64,000 nt of DNA from Nocardioidaceae bacterium (GTDB taxonomy: Bacteria > Actinomycetota > Actinomycetes > Propionibacteriales > Nocardioidaceae), in NCBI GenBank assembly GCA_036259355.1, contig DATABY010000046.1, positions 1,290 through 65,289 on the forward strand, in the 5' to 3' direction. The notes beneath the pieces are model-generated. The model was not told the origin of the DNA. It was given only the letters and a program-made list of their open reading frames with translations, and did no database searches. A program made the translations under genes and the position numbers. Position 1 is the first letter of the stretch; the number at the start of each line of letters is the position of its first letter. This document shows, piece by piece, positions 18,244 to 28,545 of this stretch.

Positions 18244-19506
18244 ATGAAGCGCGTCGCGATGCTGAGCGTGCACACGTCGCCGCTGGACCAGCCTGGGACG
18301 GGTGACGCCGGCGGCATGAACGTCTACGTCATCGAGCTGGCCAAGCGGCTCGCCGACCTCGACGTCGCTGTCGAGGTGTTCACCCGCGCCACGTCCAGCG
18401 ACGTCCCCGACGTCGTCGATGTCGTTCCCGGCGTCTCCGTACGCCACGTCGCCGCCGGTCCGTACGAGGGCCTGTCCAAGGAGGACCTGCCCGGCCAGCT
18501 GTGCACGTTCGCGCGCGACCTGCTGCGCGTGGAGGCACAGCACGACCTCGGGTGGTACGACGTCATCCACTCGCACTACTGGCTGTCCGGTCAGGTTGGC
18601 GCGCTGGCGGCCGACCGGTGGGGCGTGCCGCTGGTGCACTCCATGCACACGATGGCCAAGGTCAAGAACACCGCGCTCGCGTCCGGCGACAAGCCCGAGC
18701 CGTGGGGTCGCGTGGTCGGGGAGCAGCAGGTGGTGGAGTCGGCGGACCACCTGATCGCCAACACCGACGACGAGGCCGCCCAGCTCGCCCGGTTCTACGA
18801 CGCCGACGCTGCACGCGTCAGCGTGGTGCACCCGGGCGTGGACCTCTCCGTGTTCCGGCCTCGCGACCCCGGGCAGGCGCGCCGGCAGCTGGGTGTGCGC
18901 GCTGATGCGACCGTGCTGCTGTTCGCCGGCCGGATCCAGCCGCTGAAGGCTCCCGACGTGCTGCTGCGCGCCGTCGCCGTGCTGTTGGCACGCGACCCGG
19001 CGCTGCGCGAGCACCTTGTCGTGCCCGTCGTCGGCGGACCCTCCGGCAGCGGGCTGGAGGAGCCGACCTCGCTGGTGGACCTCGCGCGCGACCTGGGTGT
19101 GGCCGACGTGGTCCGGTTCGTGCCGCCCGTGTCGCAGCAGGAGCTCGCACAGTGGTACGCCGCTGCGACGGTGGTGTGCGTTCCGTCGTACAACGAGTCG
19201 TTCGGGCTGGTGGCGGTGGAGGCGCAGGCGTGCGGCACACCGGTCGTCGCGGCGGCGGTGGGAGGACTCACCACGGCCGTCGACGACGGCGTGACGGGGC
19301 TGCTGGTCGCCGGCCACGCGCCGGAGGACTACGCGCACGCGATCGCGCAGATCGTCCGTGACCGCTCTCGGTGGGCACGCATGTCGGCGGCCGCGCTGCG
19401 TCACGCGCACCGGTTCGGCTGGCAGCGCACGGCGGAGGAGACGCTGCAGGTCTACGAGCAGGCGGTGCTGAGCCGGTTCGGCGCTCCGGTGGCCGTCAAT
19501 GGCTGA
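18244..19506 (+). CDS. mshA: D-inositol-3-phosphate glycosyltransferase (mycothiol biosynthesis, GT4)
   Basis: [30 protein letters not shown]-terminus and an ESFGLV(A)[15 protein letters not shown] motif. GTG 18232 is an alternative start. Confidence 0.85.
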   Translation: MKRVAMLSVHTSPLDQPGTGDAGGMNVYVIELAKRLADLDVAVEVFTRATSSDVPDVVDVVPGVSVRHVAAGPYEGLSKEDLPGQLCTFARDLLRVEAQHDLGWYDVIHSHYWLSGQVGALAADRWGVPLVHSMHTMAKVKNTALASGDKPEPWGRVVGEQQVVESADHLIANTDDEAAQLARFYDADAARVSVVHPGVDLSVFRPRDPGQARRQLGVRADATVLLFAGRIQPLKAPDVLLRAVAVLLARDPALREHLVVPVVGGPSGSGLEEPTSLVDLARDLGVADVVRFVPPVSQQELAQWYAAATVVCVPSYNESFGLVAVEAQACGTPVVAAAVGGLTTAVDDGVTGLLVAGHAPEDYAHAIAQIVRDRSRWARMSAAALRHAHRFGWQRTAEETLQVYEQAVLSRFGAPVAVNG

Positions 19507-20032
19507 GCGGGCGGAGACCGGCACGGTCCGCGACGTGGCCGCGCAGGCGGTGCGCGACGCTCTCGCGGCGACCGACCTGGAGTGGGAGGAACCGCGCGAC
19601 CGGGTGTTCCTGCTGACCCTCCCCGGCAGTCGCAAGCTGCAGACGCCGTGCCAGCTCGAGGTAGGCGAGCAGGCTCTGTCGGTGCACGCGTTCGTCGCGC
19701 GCAACCCCGACGAGAACCATCGGGCGGTCTACCGCTGGCTGCTGGAGAAGAACCTGCGCCAGTACGCCGTGGCCTTCGCGGTCGACCACAACGGCGACAT
19801 CTACCTCGACGGGCGGCTGCCCCTGCAGGCCGTCGACGGCGACGAGGTGGACCGGCTGCTGGGGTCCGTGCTCACCTATGCCGACGAGTCGTTCAACACG
19901 ATCCTCGAGCTCGGGTTCGCGTCGTCGATCCGCAAGGAGTGGGAGTGGCGCAAGGCCCGCGGCGAGCCGACCCACAACCTCGAGGCCTTCCGCGGCTGGC
20001 TCGAGCGCGACCCCGACTCGACCCCGGACTGA
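19499..20032 (+). CDS. YbjN-domain protein (Rv0487-like)
   Basis: 177 aa, overlaps the mshA stop by 8 nt. Conserved position after mshA. Family call is by similarity from memory. Confidence 0.65.
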   Translation: MAERAETGTVRDVAAQAVRDALAATDLEWEEPRDRVFLLTLPGSRKLQTPCQLEVGEQALSVHAFVARNPDENHRAVYRWLLEKNLRQYAVAFAVDHNGDIYLDGRLPLQAVDGDEVDRLLGSVLTYADESFNTILELGFASSIRKEWEWRKARGEPTHNLEAFRGWLERDPDSTPD

Positions 20033-20053
20033 CCGGCTCGGTCAGCGGGCCGG

Positions 20054-20803
<750 letters not shown>

Positions 20804-20835
20804 GCGTGGACCATACCCAGGAACCCACGAGCCGA

Positions 20836-21489
20836 TTACCCCATGTGGGCGGGGTTCTCGCCGGTCACCTGGTAGACCACGCGGCGAGCCATCGACACGG
20901 CGTGGTCGGCGATCCGTTCGTAGTAGCGGCCCAGCAGCGCGATGTCGATCGCCGGCTCGACGCCGCCCTGCCAGTCCTCGCCCAGCAGCTGGGCGAAGAT
21001 CGAGCGGCGCAGCCGGTCCATCTGCTCGTCCTTCGACTCCAGCACCCGCGCGGCGTCGACGTCGCGGTGCTCGACCACCTCGGCCGCAGCGTCGACCATG
21101 TCCTCGGCCACCGTGGCCATCTCCCGGATCGTGCCTTCGATGGCTTCCGGCACCGCCTTCTCGGGATAGCGCAGGCGGGCGATCTTCGCGACGTGCACCG
21201 CGAGATCGCCCATCCGCTCGACCTCGCCGGACATCCGCAGCGCCGCCACCAGCATCCGCAGGTCTCCGGCCACCGGTTGCTGCAGCGCGAGCAGGTCGAT
21301 GCTGCGCTCCTCGAGGTCGTCGCGGGCCTTGTCGATGGCCGTGTCGTCGGCGATGACCTGTTCGGCGGTGGCCACGTCGGCGGAGAGGAGCGCGTCGGTC
21401 GCCCGCTGGGTCGCCGTACGGACCGCGAGGGTCATCGCCGCGAGGTCGCTGATGATGGCGTCGAGTCGGTCGTGGTAGAGGTCGCGCAT
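20836..21489 (-). CDS. phoU: Phosphate signalling complex protein PhoU
   Basis: Two PhoU repeats (DxxID..., ERIADHA, ERMGDLA). ATG 21489 ([10 protein letters not shown]) preferred. Confidence 0.9.
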   Translation of the reverse strand: MRDLYHDRLDAIISDLAAMTLAVRTATQRATDALLSADVATAEQVIADDTAIDKARDDLEERSIDLLALQQPVAGDLRMLVAALRMSGEVERMGDLAVHVAKIARLRYPEKAVPEAIEGTIREMATVAEDMVDAAAEVVEHRDVDAARVLESKDEQMDRLRRSIFAQLLGEDWQGGVEPAIDIALLGRYYERIADHAVSMARRVVYQVTGENPAHMG

Positions 21490-21528
21490 GCTCGGCAGCC
21501 TACGGGGCCGAGGTTGACGTGAGGCGAC

Positions 21529-21550
21529 CCCACGTGAACGCGAAGTGAAC
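21529..21550 (-). promoter_or_regulatory. PHO-box-like pair of 11-bp direct repeat units (GTTCACTTCGC GTTCACGTGGG on the minus strand)
   Basis: GTGAAC occurs at 21534-21539 and 21545-21550, exactly 11 bp apart, in the phoU / senX3-regX3 divergent intergenic region. It lies 40-61 bp upstream of the phoU ATG. Confidence 0.45.
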
Positions 21551-21596
21551 AACGACGAAACCGCTGGTCAGAGCGCCTCCTGCCGGCCAACAACGG

Positions 21597-22829
21597 GTGT
21601 CGGCCTGCGTACCATGGGGTTCTGTGAGCGAGTCGCTGGCGTTCGCCGTGGTCGGCATCATCGGCATCGTGCTGGGTGCCGGTGCCGTGCTGGCTTTCCG
21701 TGCCAGCGAGCACGCGCAGCAGCAGCTCCCCGAACGGCCCGAGCCGGTCGTGCCTGGGGGTGTCAGTGACGTGCTCTCGGTGCTGCGCTCGTCGGCCGTG
21801 GTCGTCGACGCCGAGGACCAGGTGCTCAAGGCCAGCGCGCCGGCGCATGCGCTCGGCCTCGTGCGTGGTGACCGGCTGGTGGTCGACGAGCTGCTCGACC
21901 TGGTGCACCAGGTACGGCGGGACGGTCAGATCCGCGAGCAGGATCTGGTCCTCGGTCGAGGACACTCCGCCAGCCACGTCGCCGCCCGCGTCGCTCCGCT
22001 GGGCAGCCGGCTGGTGCTCGCGCTCGTGGAGGACCAGACGCGCGAACGCCGTGTCGAGGCAATCCGCCGCGACTTCGTGGCCAACGTCAGCCATGAGCTC
22101 AAGACACCGATCGGTGCCCTGGTCCTGCTGTCGGAAGCGGTCGGCGAGGCGGCCGGTGACGCGGAGGCGGTGGAGCGGTTCAGCGGGCGGATGCGCACGG
22201 AGGCCGAGCGGCTCGGCCGGCTGGTGCAGCAGATCATCGAGCTGAGCCGACTGCAGGGCGGCGACCCGGCCGACGCGGCAGTGCCGGTGGACCTCGACCG
22301 CGTCGTCGACAACGCGCTCGACCGCTCGCGCGTCGACGCCGAGGACCAGAACGTCCATCTGGTGCGCAAAGGCGACCGTGGCATCTGGGTGCACGGCAAC
22401 GCCGAGCAGCTCCTTCTCGCCCTCGGCAACCTCGTGGAGAACGCCATCGCCTACAGCTCGTCCGGTACCACGGTCGTCGTCGCTGCCAGGCGTGAAGCCT
22501 CAGGCGTGCAGATCACCGTGACCGACCGGGGCATCGGTATCCCGGCCCACGAGCTCGAGCGGATCTTCGAGCGTTTCTATCGCGTCGACCCTGCCCGCGC
22601 CCGCTCCACCGGAGGCACCGGCCTCGGGCTGTCCATCGTCAAGCACGTCGCGGCCAGCCACGGCGGAGACGTGCAGGTCTGGAGCGTGCAGGGCGAGGGG
22701 TCGTCGTTCACGCTGTCGCTGCCCGGCACCGTGGAGCCCCCGGCAACGCAGCCGAAGGCACGGGACGCCCACCCGGCGAACGCATCCGGCCCCCATCCAG
22801 TGTCCCAGCCCGAGGAGGCCAGCCCGTGA
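21597..22829 (+). CDS. senX3: Sensor histidine kinase SenX3 (phosphate-responsive two-component system)
   Basis: N-terminal TM helix, H-box VSHELKTPIG, N-box LVENAIAYS and G-box GTGLGLSIVKH. GTG 21624 is a plausible alternative start. Confidence 0.85.
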   Translation: MSACVPWGSVSESLAFAVVGIIGIVLGAGAVLAFRASEHAQQQLPERPEPVVPGGVSDVLSVLRSSAVVVDAEDQVLKASAPAHALGLVRGDRLVVDELLDLVHQVRRDGQIREQDLVLGRGHSASHVAARVAPLGSRLVLALVEDQTRERRVEAIRRDFVANVSHELKTPIGALVLLSEAVGEAAGDAEAVERFSGRMRTEAERLGRLVQQIIELSRLQGGDPADAAVPVDLDRVVDNALDRSRVDAEDQNVHLVRKGDRGIWVHGNAEQLLLALGNLVENAIAYSSSGTTVVVAARREASGVQITVTDRGIGIPAHELERIFERFYRVDPARARSTGGTGLGLSIVKHVAASHGGDVQVWSVQGEGSSFTLSLPGTVEPPATQPKARDAHPANASGPHPVSQPEEASP

Positions 22830-23503
22830 CCCGAGTACTCGTCGTCGAGGACGAGGAGAGCTACAGCGACCCGCTCGCCTACATGCTTCGCAAGGAGGGC
22901 TTCGACGTCTCGGTGGCCGGGGACGGAAACACCGCGCTGGCCGAGTTCGACCGGTGGGGCGCGGACATCGTGCTGCTCGACCTGATGCTTCCCGGCATCC
23001 CCGGCACCGAGGTCTGCCGTCACCTGCGCCAGGTCTCCAACGTCCCCGTGATCATGGTCAGCGCCAAGGACGCCGAGGTCGACAAGGTGGTGGGTCTCGA
23101 GCTAGGCGCCGACGACTACATCACCAAGCCCTACTCACCGCGCGAGCTCGTCGCACGGGTGCGCGCGGTGCTGCGGCGCGGCCAGGAGCGTGATCTCGCG
23201 CCGGCCACGCTCGAGGCCGGCCGGGTCCGCATGGACGTGGACCGCCACGTCGTGACGGTGGGCGGTAGCGAGGTGCGCCTGCCGCTGAAGGAGTTCGAGC
23301 TTCTCGAGATGTTCCTGCGCAACACCGGCCGGGTGCTGACCCGCGCGCAGCTGATCGACCGTATCTGGGGAGCCGACTACGTCGGCGACACCAAGACGCT
23401 CGACGTGCACGTCAAGCGGCTGCGCGCCAAGGTCGAGCCTGACCCGGCGCACCCGCGTCACCTCGTCACCGTGCGGGGCCTGGGCTACAAGTACGAGTCC
23501 TGA
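22826..23503 (+). CDS. regX3: OmpR-family response regulator RegX3
   Basis: Receiver domain (VLVVEDE, DLMLPG, KP), winged HTH (LTRAQLIDRIWG...TLDVHVKRLRAK). 4-nt overlap with senX3. Confidence 0.9.
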   Translation: MTRVLVVEDEESYSDPLAYMLRKEGFDVSVAGDGNTALAEFDRWGADIVLLDLMLPGIPGTEVCRHLRQVSNVPVIMVSAKDAEVDKVVGLELGADDYITKPYSPRELVARVRAVLRRGQERDLAPATLEAGRVRMDVDRHVVTVGGSEVRLPLKEFELLEMFLRNTGRVLTRAQLIDRIWGADYVGDTKTLDVHVKRLRAKVEPDPAHPRHLVTVRGLGYKYES

Positions 23504-23524
23504 CCGGGCGGCAGCCCTCGCCGG

Positions 23525-24079
23525 CTACGGCAGCGGCACGTCCTCGTACGGGCCCTCCGGTGACACCACCGGCACCTGCACCTGGATCGGCTGCGAGCGC
23601 TCGAACTGCAGGGTCAGCTGTACGAAGAGGCCCTGCCGGGCCTCGCCCTGGACCTGCACAGTCGGCGGCTCGTCGAGCTGGACCAGCCGCTCGGGCGGCA
23701 GGACGACGCTCGGGCGAAGCATCGAAGACTGCAGCGGCGGCGCCCCCTGCTCGGACTCCACGGTGGCGCCCACCAGGCGGTCGGTGCGACGCGTCTTGTT
23801 CAGCAGCACACCCACGAGCGTGCCCCGGCCGGACTCCGACGCCACGACCAGCAGGTTCATGCCCCAGACACCGTCATCGCGCACGTTGACGCCGACTGCG
23901 GGGTTGTAGTCCTGCAACACCGGCGAGTCGAACCCCGACGCGCAACCGGACAGCAGCGGAAGCGCGACGGCGACAGCCGCGGCAAGAGCGCGGCGACGTC
24001 GTGAGGGGTGGCCCGTAGACGGCCGGGGTGAGGGCTGCACGTGGTGTTCCTCTCGGAGCGCTCGGGGACCTGCGCGCAT
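23525..24079 (-). CDS. Putative lipoprotein of unknown function
   Basis: Signal peptide with lipobox RRRRALAAAVAVALPLLSGC. Mature part is beta-rich with no recognisable motif. Confidence 0.6.
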   Translation of the reverse strand: MRAGPRALREEHHVQPSPRPSTGHPSRRRRALAAAVAVALPLLSGCASGFDSPVLQDYNPAVGVNVRDDGVWGMNLLVVASESGRGTLVGVLLNKTRRTDRLVGATVESEQGAPPLQSSMLRPSVVLPPERLVQLDEPPTVQVQGEARQGLFVQLTLQFERSQPIQVQVPVVSPEGPYEDVPLP

Positions 24080-24289
24080 GCTCGGCGGCGTGCGTTGGTG
24101 ACCGCGCTCAGCCTAGCCATCGGCGTCGCGGAAATGCTTGCCGGTACCTCACCCGGCGCGCACCGAAATCCCCTCAGGCATGAAGGGGTGCGGTTTGTCA
24201 ACCCCCAATCTGGGGCCTGACCAGCACAAACGCCGAGAGGAGTGGTCTTCGGCACGTGCTATTCTGGATACCTAGGAAGGGGTACTTGA

Positions 24290-24775
24290 ATGACTTTTGC
24301 AGTCGGCGAGACGGTGGTCTACCCCAATCATGGGGCCGCCGTGATCGAGGACATCGAGACCCGTCAGATCAAGGGTGAAGACAAGACCTACCTGGTTCTT
24401 CGCATCGTCGCACAGAACGACCTCGTGGTTCGGGTTCCCGCCTGCAACCTCGACCTCGTCGGTGTCCGCGACGTCGTCGACAAGGACGGGCTTGACCGCG
24501 TGTTCGGCGTACTCCGTGCGGAGCACACCGAGGAGCCCACGAACTGGTCGCGTCGGTACAAGGCCAACCTGGAGAAGCTGCACTCCGGCAACGTGCTGAA
24601 GGTGGCAGAGGTCGTGCGTGACCTCTGGCGCCGTGAGCGCGACCGCGGCCTCTCCGCCGGCGAGAAGCGCATGCTGGCCAAGGCGCGCCAGATCCTGGTG
24701 TCGGAGCTCGCGCTGTGCGAGAAGACCAACGAGGACAAGGCCGAGGCACTGCTCGACGAGGTGCTCGCCTCCTGA
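24290..24775 (+). CDS. carD: RNA-polymerase-binding transcription factor CarD
   Basis: [39 protein letters not shown] and [15 protein letters not shown]. Confidence 0.92.
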   Translation: MTFAVGETVVYPNHGAAVIEDIETRQIKGEDKTYLVLRIVAQNDLVVRVPACNLDLVGVRDVVDKDGLDRVFGVLRAEHTEEPTNWSRRYKANLEKLHSGNVLKVAEVVRDLWRRERDRGLSAGEKRMLAKARQILVSELALCEKTNEDKAEALLDEVLAS

Positions 24776-24783
24776 TCCTCCCG

Positions 24784-24810
24784 TGACCCCCGGCCTGCCG
24801 CCGGGGGTCA
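24784..24810 (+). terminator. 11-bp stem hairpin between carD and ispD (possible attenuator/terminator)
   Basis: TGACCCCCGGC-CTGCC-GCCGGGGGTCA, followed by TGTCTGTGG. Confidence 0.4.
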
Positions 24811-24837
24811 TGTCTGTGGAAGAGAAGACGTACCCCG

Positions 24838-25533
24838 TTGCCGACCGCCGCCCTCGTGCCCGCCGCCGGGCGTGGTGAGCGGCTCGGCCCCGGCGGTGAC
24901 CCCAAGGCGCTGCGCGTCGTCGCGGGCGCGCCGTTGCTCGTCCACGCCGTACGCCGCCTGTGCCGGTCCGGCGCCGTCGACCTGGTCGTGGTAGCGGCCC
25001 CTCCCGGCCGGGTGGCGCCCGTCGAGGACCTGCTGCGCGGCGCGGTCGACGGCGTGCCACTGTCGGTCGTCGCCGGCGGCGACACCCGGCAGCAGTCGGT
25101 GGCCGCCGCCCTTGCCGTTCTCGCGCCCGATGTCGACGTGGTGCTGGTGCACGACGCCGCCCGCGCCTTCGCTCCTCCCGATCTCACCCGGCGCGTGGCC
25201 CAGGCGGTACGCGCGGGCGCCGCAGCCGTCGTGCCGGTGCTGCCCGTCAACGACACGATCAAGCACGTGACCGGCGACACCGTGCGGGGCACCGTGGACC
25301 GCAGCGACCTGCGGGCGGTCCAGACACCGCAGGGCTTCCGGCGCGACGTCCTCGAACGCGCGCACGCCGCGGGTGCCGACGGTGGAACCGGGGCCACCGA
25401 CGACGCCGCGCTGGTGGAGTCGCTCGGCCTGACCGTCACCGTCGTCGACGGGTCGGAGGAGGCCTTCAAGGTGACCCGGCCGTTGGACCTGCTGGTCGCC
25501 GAGGCGCTGCTGCGCTCGCCTCAGACGGGGTAG
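24838..25533 (+). CDS. ispD: 2-C-methyl-D-erythritol 4-phosphate cytidylyltransferase
   Basis: [12 protein letters not shown] and [10 protein letters not shown] motifs. TTG start as in the ORF track. Confidence 0.9.
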   Translation: MPTAALVPAAGRGERLGPGGDPKALRVVAGAPLLVHAVRRLCRSGAVDLVVVAAPPGRVAPVEDLLRGAVDGVPLSVVAGGDTRQQSVAAALAVLAPDVDVVLVHDAARAFAPPDLTRRVAQAVRAGAAAVVPVLPVNDTIKHVTGDTVRGTVDRSDLRAVQTPQGFRRDVLERAHAAGADGGTGATDDAALVESLGLTVTVVDGSEEAFKVTRPLDLLVAEALLRSPQTG

Positions 25534-26015
25534 ACCAGGGCGGTCGCGATCGCGGCGATGCCCTCTCCGCGCCCGGTCAGCCCGAGGCCGTCGGTGGTGG
25601 TGGCGCTGACCGTCACCGGGGCGTCAGCGACCTGGCTCAGCACCTGCTCGGCCTCCGCCCGGCGCGGGCCGAGCTTCGGCCGGTTCCCCACCACCTGGAT
25701 CGCGATGTTGCCGACGCGCAGCCCGCACTCGGCGACCCGGCGTACCGTCTCACCGACCAGCGCGGCTCCGCTGGCCCCTGCCCAGGCCGGCTCGGACGTG
25801 CCGAAGTTGCTGCCCAGGTCGCCGAGCCCGGCGGCCGACAGCAGCGCGTCGCAGGCGGCGTGACAGGCCACGTCGGCGTCGGAGTGCCCGGCCAGCCCCG
25901 CGGGCTCGTCGGGCCACTCCAGGCCGGCCAGCCACAGCGGCCGGCCTTCCTGGAACGGGTGCACGTCCACGCCGATACCGACCCGGGGAGCTCCGTTGTC
26001 CACGCGGTCGATCAT
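25521..26015 (-). CDS. ispF: 2-C-methyl-D-erythritol 2,4-cyclodiphosphate synthase
   Basis: [22 protein letters not shown] and [17 protein letters not shown]. It is convergent with ispD and the 3' ends overlap by 13 bp. Confidence 0.9.
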   Translation of the reverse strand: MIDRVDNGAPRVGIGVDVHPFQEGRPLWLAGLEWPDEPAGLAGHSDADVACHAACDALLSAAGLGDLGSNFGTSEPAWAGASGAALVGETVRRVAECGLRVGNIAIQVVGNRPKLGPRRAEAEQVLSQVADAPVTVSATTTDGLGLTGRGEGIAAIATALVYPV

Positions 26016-26058
26016 GCCGCAGGGGGGAGCCGGTTGTGTCGTGCGGGAGGATGGGGCC

Positions 26059-27600
26059 ATGAACGAGCCGGCCCTGCGGGGTCTCGTCGCCGGCGTGGTC
26101 AGCGTCGGAGCGGGGCTCGGCGCCGCCGAGGTGGTGACCGGCCTGCTGTCGCTGCGCAGCTCGCCGGTGCTCGCGATCGGCGAGGGGGTCATCGAGGTCA
26201 CGCCGGGCGACCTGGCCGAGGCGGCCATCGCAGCGGTGGGTCAGCTCGACAAGCCGCTGCTGGTCATCGGGACCGTCCTGGGCGCGCTGCTGCTGGGCGG
26301 GTTGGCGGGGTCGCTGGCCACGTCCCGGCGGGTGCTCGGCATGCTCGTGCTCGTCGCGATGGGCGGGCTCGGGATGGTCGCGGCCATGAGCGCGCCGGAC
26401 TCCTCGGTCGCCGACGCGCTGCCCCCGGTCGTCGCGGCGCTGGTCTCGATGGGGCTGCTGAGCTACCTGCTCGGCTGGGCGGCGCGCGGGACCGCCTCCG
26501 AGAGCGGTGCGCCGTCGGAGCCCGACGAGCGTCCCGGTGCGCTCGACCGGCGCGGGTTCCTCGCCAGGGCCGGTGTTGTGGGCCTCGGCGCTGTCGCGCT
26601 GACCGGTGTGGGACGCCTGCTGTCCGGTGGACGGCAGGCGGTCGAGGCCGCCCGGCAGGCCGTCTCCCTGCGGCTGCCGAAGCCGGTGGCCCCCCAAGGC
26701 GTCGCCGTGCCGGTGCCGGGCGTCGGTCCGTGGATCACGCCGAACGACACGTTCTACCGGATCGACACCGCACTCGCCGTTCCGCGGCTGGTCCCCGAGG
26801 ACTGGCGGCTGCGCATCCACGGCATGGTCGACCGCGAGATCGAGCTCACCTACGACGACCTGGTCGGACGCGGGCTGCGCCAGCACTGGTTCACGCTGTG
26901 CTGCGTGTCCAACGAGGTGGGCGGGTCGCTGATCGGCAACGCGCAGTGGTCCGGCGTACGTATCGCCGACCTGCTCGCCGAGGCGGGGGTGCAGCCGGGT
27001 GCCGACGCCGTCCTCTCGACGTCCGTCGACGGATGGAACTGCGGCACCCCGCTCGAGGCGCTCACCGACGACCGTGCGGCCCTGCTCGCGGTCGCGATGA
27101 ACGGTGAACCGCTGCCGATCGAGCACGGGTTCCCGGTGCGGATGGTGGTGCCGGGTCTGTACGGCTACGTGTCCGCGACCAAGTGGGTCGTCGACCTCGA
27201 GGTGTCCCGGTTCGCGGACTTCTCGGCGTACTGGACGCAGCGCGGGTGGTCACCGCGCGGCCCGGTCAAGACCCAGTCGCGCATCGACGCGCCCCGCAAC
27301 GGCGACGAGCTCCGGGCCGGCCCGGTGGCGGTCGGCGGCGTCGCCTGGGCGCAGCACACCGGCATCGAGAAGGTGGAGGTGCGCATCGACGACGGACCGT
27401 GGCAGCCGGCCCGACTGGCAGGGGTGCCCAACCTGGACACCTGGCGACAGTGGGCCTACGGGTGGGACGCCGAACCCGGGGAGCACCGCGTCGCCGTGCG
27501 GGCCACCGACATGTCGGGCTACACGCAGACGCCCGAGCGAACCGACGTGGTGCCCGACGGCGCCACCGGCTGGCACACGATCGTCGTCTCCGTGACCTGA
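26059..27600 (+). CDS. Molybdopterin-dependent oxidoreductase (sulfite-oxidase/YedY fold) with N-terminal polytopic membrane domain
   Basis: C-terminal part has [19 protein letters not shown] and [31 protein letters not shown]. The first ~160 aa form about 4 TM helices, followed by an internal RRGFLARAG twin-arginine-like motif. Confidence 0.85.
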   Translation: MNEPALRGLVAGVVSVGAGLGAAEVVTGLLSLRSSPVLAIGEGVIEVTPGDLAEAAIAAVGQLDKPLLVIGTVLGALLLGGLAGSLATSRRVLGMLVLVAMGGLGMVAAMSAPDSSVADALPPVVAALVSMGLLSYLLGWAARGTASESGAPSEPDERPGALDRRGFLARAGVVGLGAVALTGVGRLLSGGRQAVEAARQAVSLRLPKPVAPQGVAVPVPGVGPWITPNDTFYRIDTALAVPRLVPEDWRLRIHGMVDREIELTYDDLVGRGLRQHWFTLCCVSNEVGGSLIGNAQWSGVRIADLLAEAGVQPGADAVLSTSVDGWNCGTPLEALTDDRAALLAVAMNGEPLPIEHGFPVRMVVPGLYGYVSATKWVVDLEVSRFADFSAYWTQRGWSPRGPVKTQSRIDAPRNGDELRAGPVAVGGVAWAQHTGIEKVEVRIDDGPWQPARLAGVPNLDTWRQWAYGWDAEPGEHRVAVRATDMSGYTQTPERTDVVPDGATGWHTIVVSVT

Positions 27601-27604
27601 GGCG

Positions 27605-28309
27605 CTAGCCGGCACGCACCCCGGACAGCAGGCGCTTGCGCTGCGCCGCCGGCAGTCGGCCCAGGAGTCCGGCGAGCTCGGCCCACAGGGCGGTACGACG
27701 ACTGGCCCAGCCGACCATGTCCTGCAGCCGCTCCTCCGGGAGCACCCGCGCCAGGCGGTCGAGTGCCGCGTCGTCGGTGACCCGCAGCGCCACCAGCACC
27801 AACGTCTCCGCGTCACCGATGGACTCCACCACCGCTACGACCTGCTCGTCGCTCAGCGCGACGACGACCTCCGCCATCGTGTCGTGGTCCTCCCGGTCGC
27901 ACAGCACGTCGGCGACCCGGTTGATCAGCTGCACCGGCAGCCGCGAGAGAACGGGCTCGGCCAGCGCGGGGGAGAGGAACGACGCGACGTCGGCGACGTA
28001 GTCCACCGACATGCGCCCGGACATGGCCGCGGCCTGGTCCGGCGGCAGGGACGCCACCACACCGGCGGACACCCGGGGCGGCAGCATGCGCTGTGCCAGG
28101 GGCGCGGTGACCTTCATCGGGAGCAGCCGGCTGGCCGAGGCGATACGGGAGTAGGTCTCCCGGTGGTCGGCGTACATCCGCTCGAAGATCGCCATCCGCA
28201 GTGCGCGGATCTCGCGCGCGGAGAACCGGCAGAGGAAGTCGATCTCGCGCGGTCTGCAGCGCAGCACCTGCGCCGTTCGCGCGATCTCGGCGGTGACGCC
28301 CGCGCTCAA
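27605..28309 (-). CDS. Hypothetical cytoplasmic alpha-helical protein (234 aa)
   Basis: Uninterrupted ORF. Start is translationally coupled (4-nt overlap) to the upstream 79-aa ORF. No motif I can assign. Confidence 0.5.
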   Translation of the reverse strand: MSAGVTAEIARTAQVLRCRPREIDFLCRFSAREIRALRMAIFERMYADHRETYSRIASASRLLPMKVTAPLAQRMLPPRVSAGVVASLPPDQAAAMSGRMSVDYVADVASFLSPALAEPVLSRLPVQLINRVADVLCDREDHDTMAEVVVALSDEQVVAVVESIGDAETLVLVALRVTDDAALDRLARVLPEERLQDMVGWASRRTALWAELAGLLGRLPAAQRKRLLSGVRAG

Positions 28310-28545
28310 CCGTGGTCCCGCTGCAGCACCCTGCGGACGCGACCGCGCAGCAGTGGGGGGATGGCCGCGACCATCGCGTCGACCGCGGAGTCGACGTCGC
28401 CGGCCTCGACCGCGCGAGCCTCCTCGAGGAGCGTGTGGAGCCGTCTGGCCTCGGCCGGACTCAGGGAGTCGACCAGCAGGGCGGCGTCGGACCGCTCAGC
28501 CTCCTGCAGCGTCAGGTCCTCGTGCAGCGCCTCGACGGCGTTCAC
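28306..28545 (-). CDS. Hypothetical small acidic protein (79 aa)
   Basis: GTG start overlaps the stop of the C39-like peptidase gene (GTGA), and its stop overlaps the next ORF start. Supported only by coupling and codon periodicity. Confidence 0.45.
   Translation of the reverse strand: MNAVEALHEDLTLQEAERSDAALLVDSLSPAEARRLHTLLEEARAVEAGDVDSAVDAMVAAIPPLLRGRVRRVLQRDHG

Noticed and set aside
17965-19704. 579-aa ORF antisense to mshA. Similar long shadow ORFs occur at 1480-3870 (+), 24960-27107 (+), 32807-35137 (-), 25750-27126 (-), 55691-57199 (-) and 57406-59079 (-)
   Set aside because: All overlap genes with strong family motifs on the other strand or frame. All have extreme Arg/Pro/Gly/Ala content and no recognisable motifs. 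These are the expected artefact of low stop-codon frequency in GC-rich DNA.
22826-22829. Looked for MIRU-type intergenic repeats at the senX3-regX3 junction, as in M. tuberculosis
   Set aside because: The two genes overlap by 4 nt here. There is no intergenic space and no repeat.
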